A stretch of 59,680 nucleotides of DNA, the filler included, from Sphacelaria rigidula (lineage: Eukaryota), in the NCBI GenBank assembly GCA_964200075.2. It is 7 parts of 7 records of this genome, joined end to end, with 100 filler letters (N's around TTAATTAATTAA, not from the genome) between each part and the next. Parts side by side here need not be neighbours in the genome. Positions count along the whole stretch, not along the records: positions 51,242 to 59,680 come from CAXNAA020011126.1; 6 more parts are not named here. The stretch is one strand, 5' to 3'. Numbering within the stretch: the stretch's first letter is position 1; each line of letters opens with the position of its first letter. Below, piece after piece: positions 57,865 to 59,680 of this stretch. The notes below the pieces were generated by a model. It was not told the origin of the DNA and did no database searches. It was given only the letters and a program-made list of their open reading frames with translations. Position numbers and translations under genes: made by a program.

Positions 57865-58470
57865 GGGCAGGGTACCGAACCCCGGGTACTGGACCTTATT
57901 TCTCCAGGGTACATGCAGCACCGAGTACTCCGCAATACCCGGAGCATCTGCCGTCGGAAAAACCGAGTATTCCAGATAACCTGTGGTGCCGACTGCCCGA
58001 AGTATCGAGCATTCCGGAATACATTACATCACAGCGCCGTACGGCTGGAATGGTTTGAAGCACAACATAAAATCGTGCTCAAAGCTCGCCAGCACTGCCT
58101 AGAGCGTAGTAAAGCACCGAGATTACTTGTACCCGCACGGGGTCGAAGATTCTGCGACTTGCACGTCTCGCAGCAGTACCCTGAGCTTCCAGAGTATGTG
58201 CAGTACCGAGTGCTCCATGATAGCCATGTTGTCGATTGCAGAAAAACCTGAGTATTGCGGAGTGCCTGAGGTGTCGACGGTCAGAAATACCCCGTATTAC
58301 GGGGTGCCTGAGGTATCGAATGTCGAAGCTACTGGGTAGCCCAGGGCATCTGGAGTGTCAGTCGCCGACTTCACAAGGTACCTTGGGGTTACCTTTTGTA
58401 TCGAATACCGCACGTACAAAGTATTCCAGCATACCTGTGGTATCGACACCGACACCCCAAAATACCTTAC
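57865..58470. repeat. Degenerate repeat region rich in cc(c/t)gagta(t/c) and gtatcga motifs
   Basis: Repeated ccgagtact, ccgagtatt, cctgagtatt, cctgaggt and gtatcga words with no convincing ORF. Confidence 0.45.
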
Positions 58471-59028
58471 TCTGTATGTTATCCTATCTTGAATCACCTT
58501 TTTAAGATCGATTCATTCTGTCTCGGAGCAATCTCAAGGGGAATATTATTCATCGTATGATCAGGGTGCAGGCGGAATATAATGCCCTGAATAGGTGGGA
58601 ACAGTTACTTGAATGTTTGCACCATGCCTTGTATACTTCTGACGCGGCTACAGACACCACCGTTCGTTTGCAGTGAGCTGAAACGGCAAATACCACCCCC
58701 GGTAAATACAAGCTGCGGGGGAGGCGATTCCCTCGTTCGTGGACGCACCATGTGGTCACACCCTCCGAAGAAAGCTCTATCAGTGTATTCTGTATTCTCA
58801 TGCATGTCATTCATGGACTTCTCGGCTGTTACGGCAGTGATGTGTTGAATGCATCGCACCAGTCGAAATAAAGTGATCGGCGTTTGCACCGCAGAGTTAG
58901 ACTCGACTTTCATGAACGGTATGTCTATCCCCTCTGTTTGTATGGCGTAGATGTGATTTTCGGGGCGCAAGTTTTGAGAATCCACCTGTAGTGGAGCGCC
59001 GCGTTCAGGTTGTCTGAGTGGTACAATC

Positions 59029-59429
59029 TGGTGCTGGATGTCGTATAGAAAGTTTCGATGTATCGTATCGAAATATCGTTGTCGTTATCGTATCGAAAAC
59101 ATTTCGATAAAACGATAAAGCGTACGGTGAGATTTTTGGGTTTTGTCTAATCCGGACATGTGTTCTCCTAGGCTGGGAGACCTTGACTAGGCCAATTTCG
59201 ACGGGAAATAAAGCCATATATCCCAATTTTCTTGCTTGCGGCGGCGCCTCTCGCGGGGCCCCCTCACGAGCCGGGGGGGAGGGGGGGGCATTAGGGACTC
59301 GAACAGCGAGCGGACTCGCTGCGCTGGCCGCGGTTTGGCTTCGCCGAAGTTTATCGAGAATTATCGTTATCGAACGCTAAAAAAGTCGATATCGTATCGA
59401 AGTGCTAAATGGTTCGATATCCAACACTA
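59029..59429. mobile_element. hAT-type MITE with 15-bp TIRs and an 8-bp TSD
   Basis: Left TIR TGGTGCTGGATGTCG versus right reverse complement TAGTGTTGGATATCG (12/15 match). Flanks are GTACAATC (59021-59028) and GTACACTC (59430-59437). Subterminal tatcg/cgata repeats occur at both ends. Confidence 0.8.
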
Positions 59430-59680
59430 GTACACTCGCACCCTATTAGGTCAGCAGAATGCGAATTTGATTCCCGCCAAAGTTGATTTTTTTCTTGTGA
59501 CGAATTTCATTATTGAAAACGTGGGGGCGTGAGTTGTGAAGAAGGTTGTTCACTTGACGAGAGTCGATGCGGTGCGGGAGTAGTGCTGGTCATGACCCAA
59601 CCCACGATACCAAATACAAGACGTGTTCCGGGGGATGGATGGGTTGATCCTTTGAGACAACGGGCTTGTCCCGAGGGAGG

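Overview
Eukaryotic, intron-rich DNA, most likely from a brown alga (Phaeophyceae, Ectocarpus-like; this is an inference). The window is not one locus. It is seven separate ~8.44 kb contigs (8441, 8440 x5 and 8439 bp) joined by identical 100-nt artificial linkers (N44-TTAATTAATTAA-N44), so adjacency across linkers has no biological meaning. Contig 1 holds a degenerate DIRS1-type tyrosine-recombinase retroelement on the minus strand (RT, RNase H, adenine-methylase-like domain, Zn ribbon, ALOG domain, YR), followed by an ~860-bp nested fold-back and a second inverted repeat. Contig 2 holds a partial kinesin gene (minus strand, kinesin-3-like motifs) with very large low-complexity inserts in motor loops, plus an intronic LINE. 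Contig 3 holds the 3' part of a TPR gene. Contig 4 holds tRNA-derived SINEs and the probable first exon of NDUFA12. Contig 5 holds most of a DHX35-like DEAH helicase and a 140-bp palindrome. Contig 6 holds a second LINE copy. Contig 7 holds an atypical multi-exon protein kinase and a hAT-type MITE. The LINE 3' ends consistently finish in oligo-C. Gene models were built by hand from GT-AG sites and codon-phase continuity; no database searches were run.
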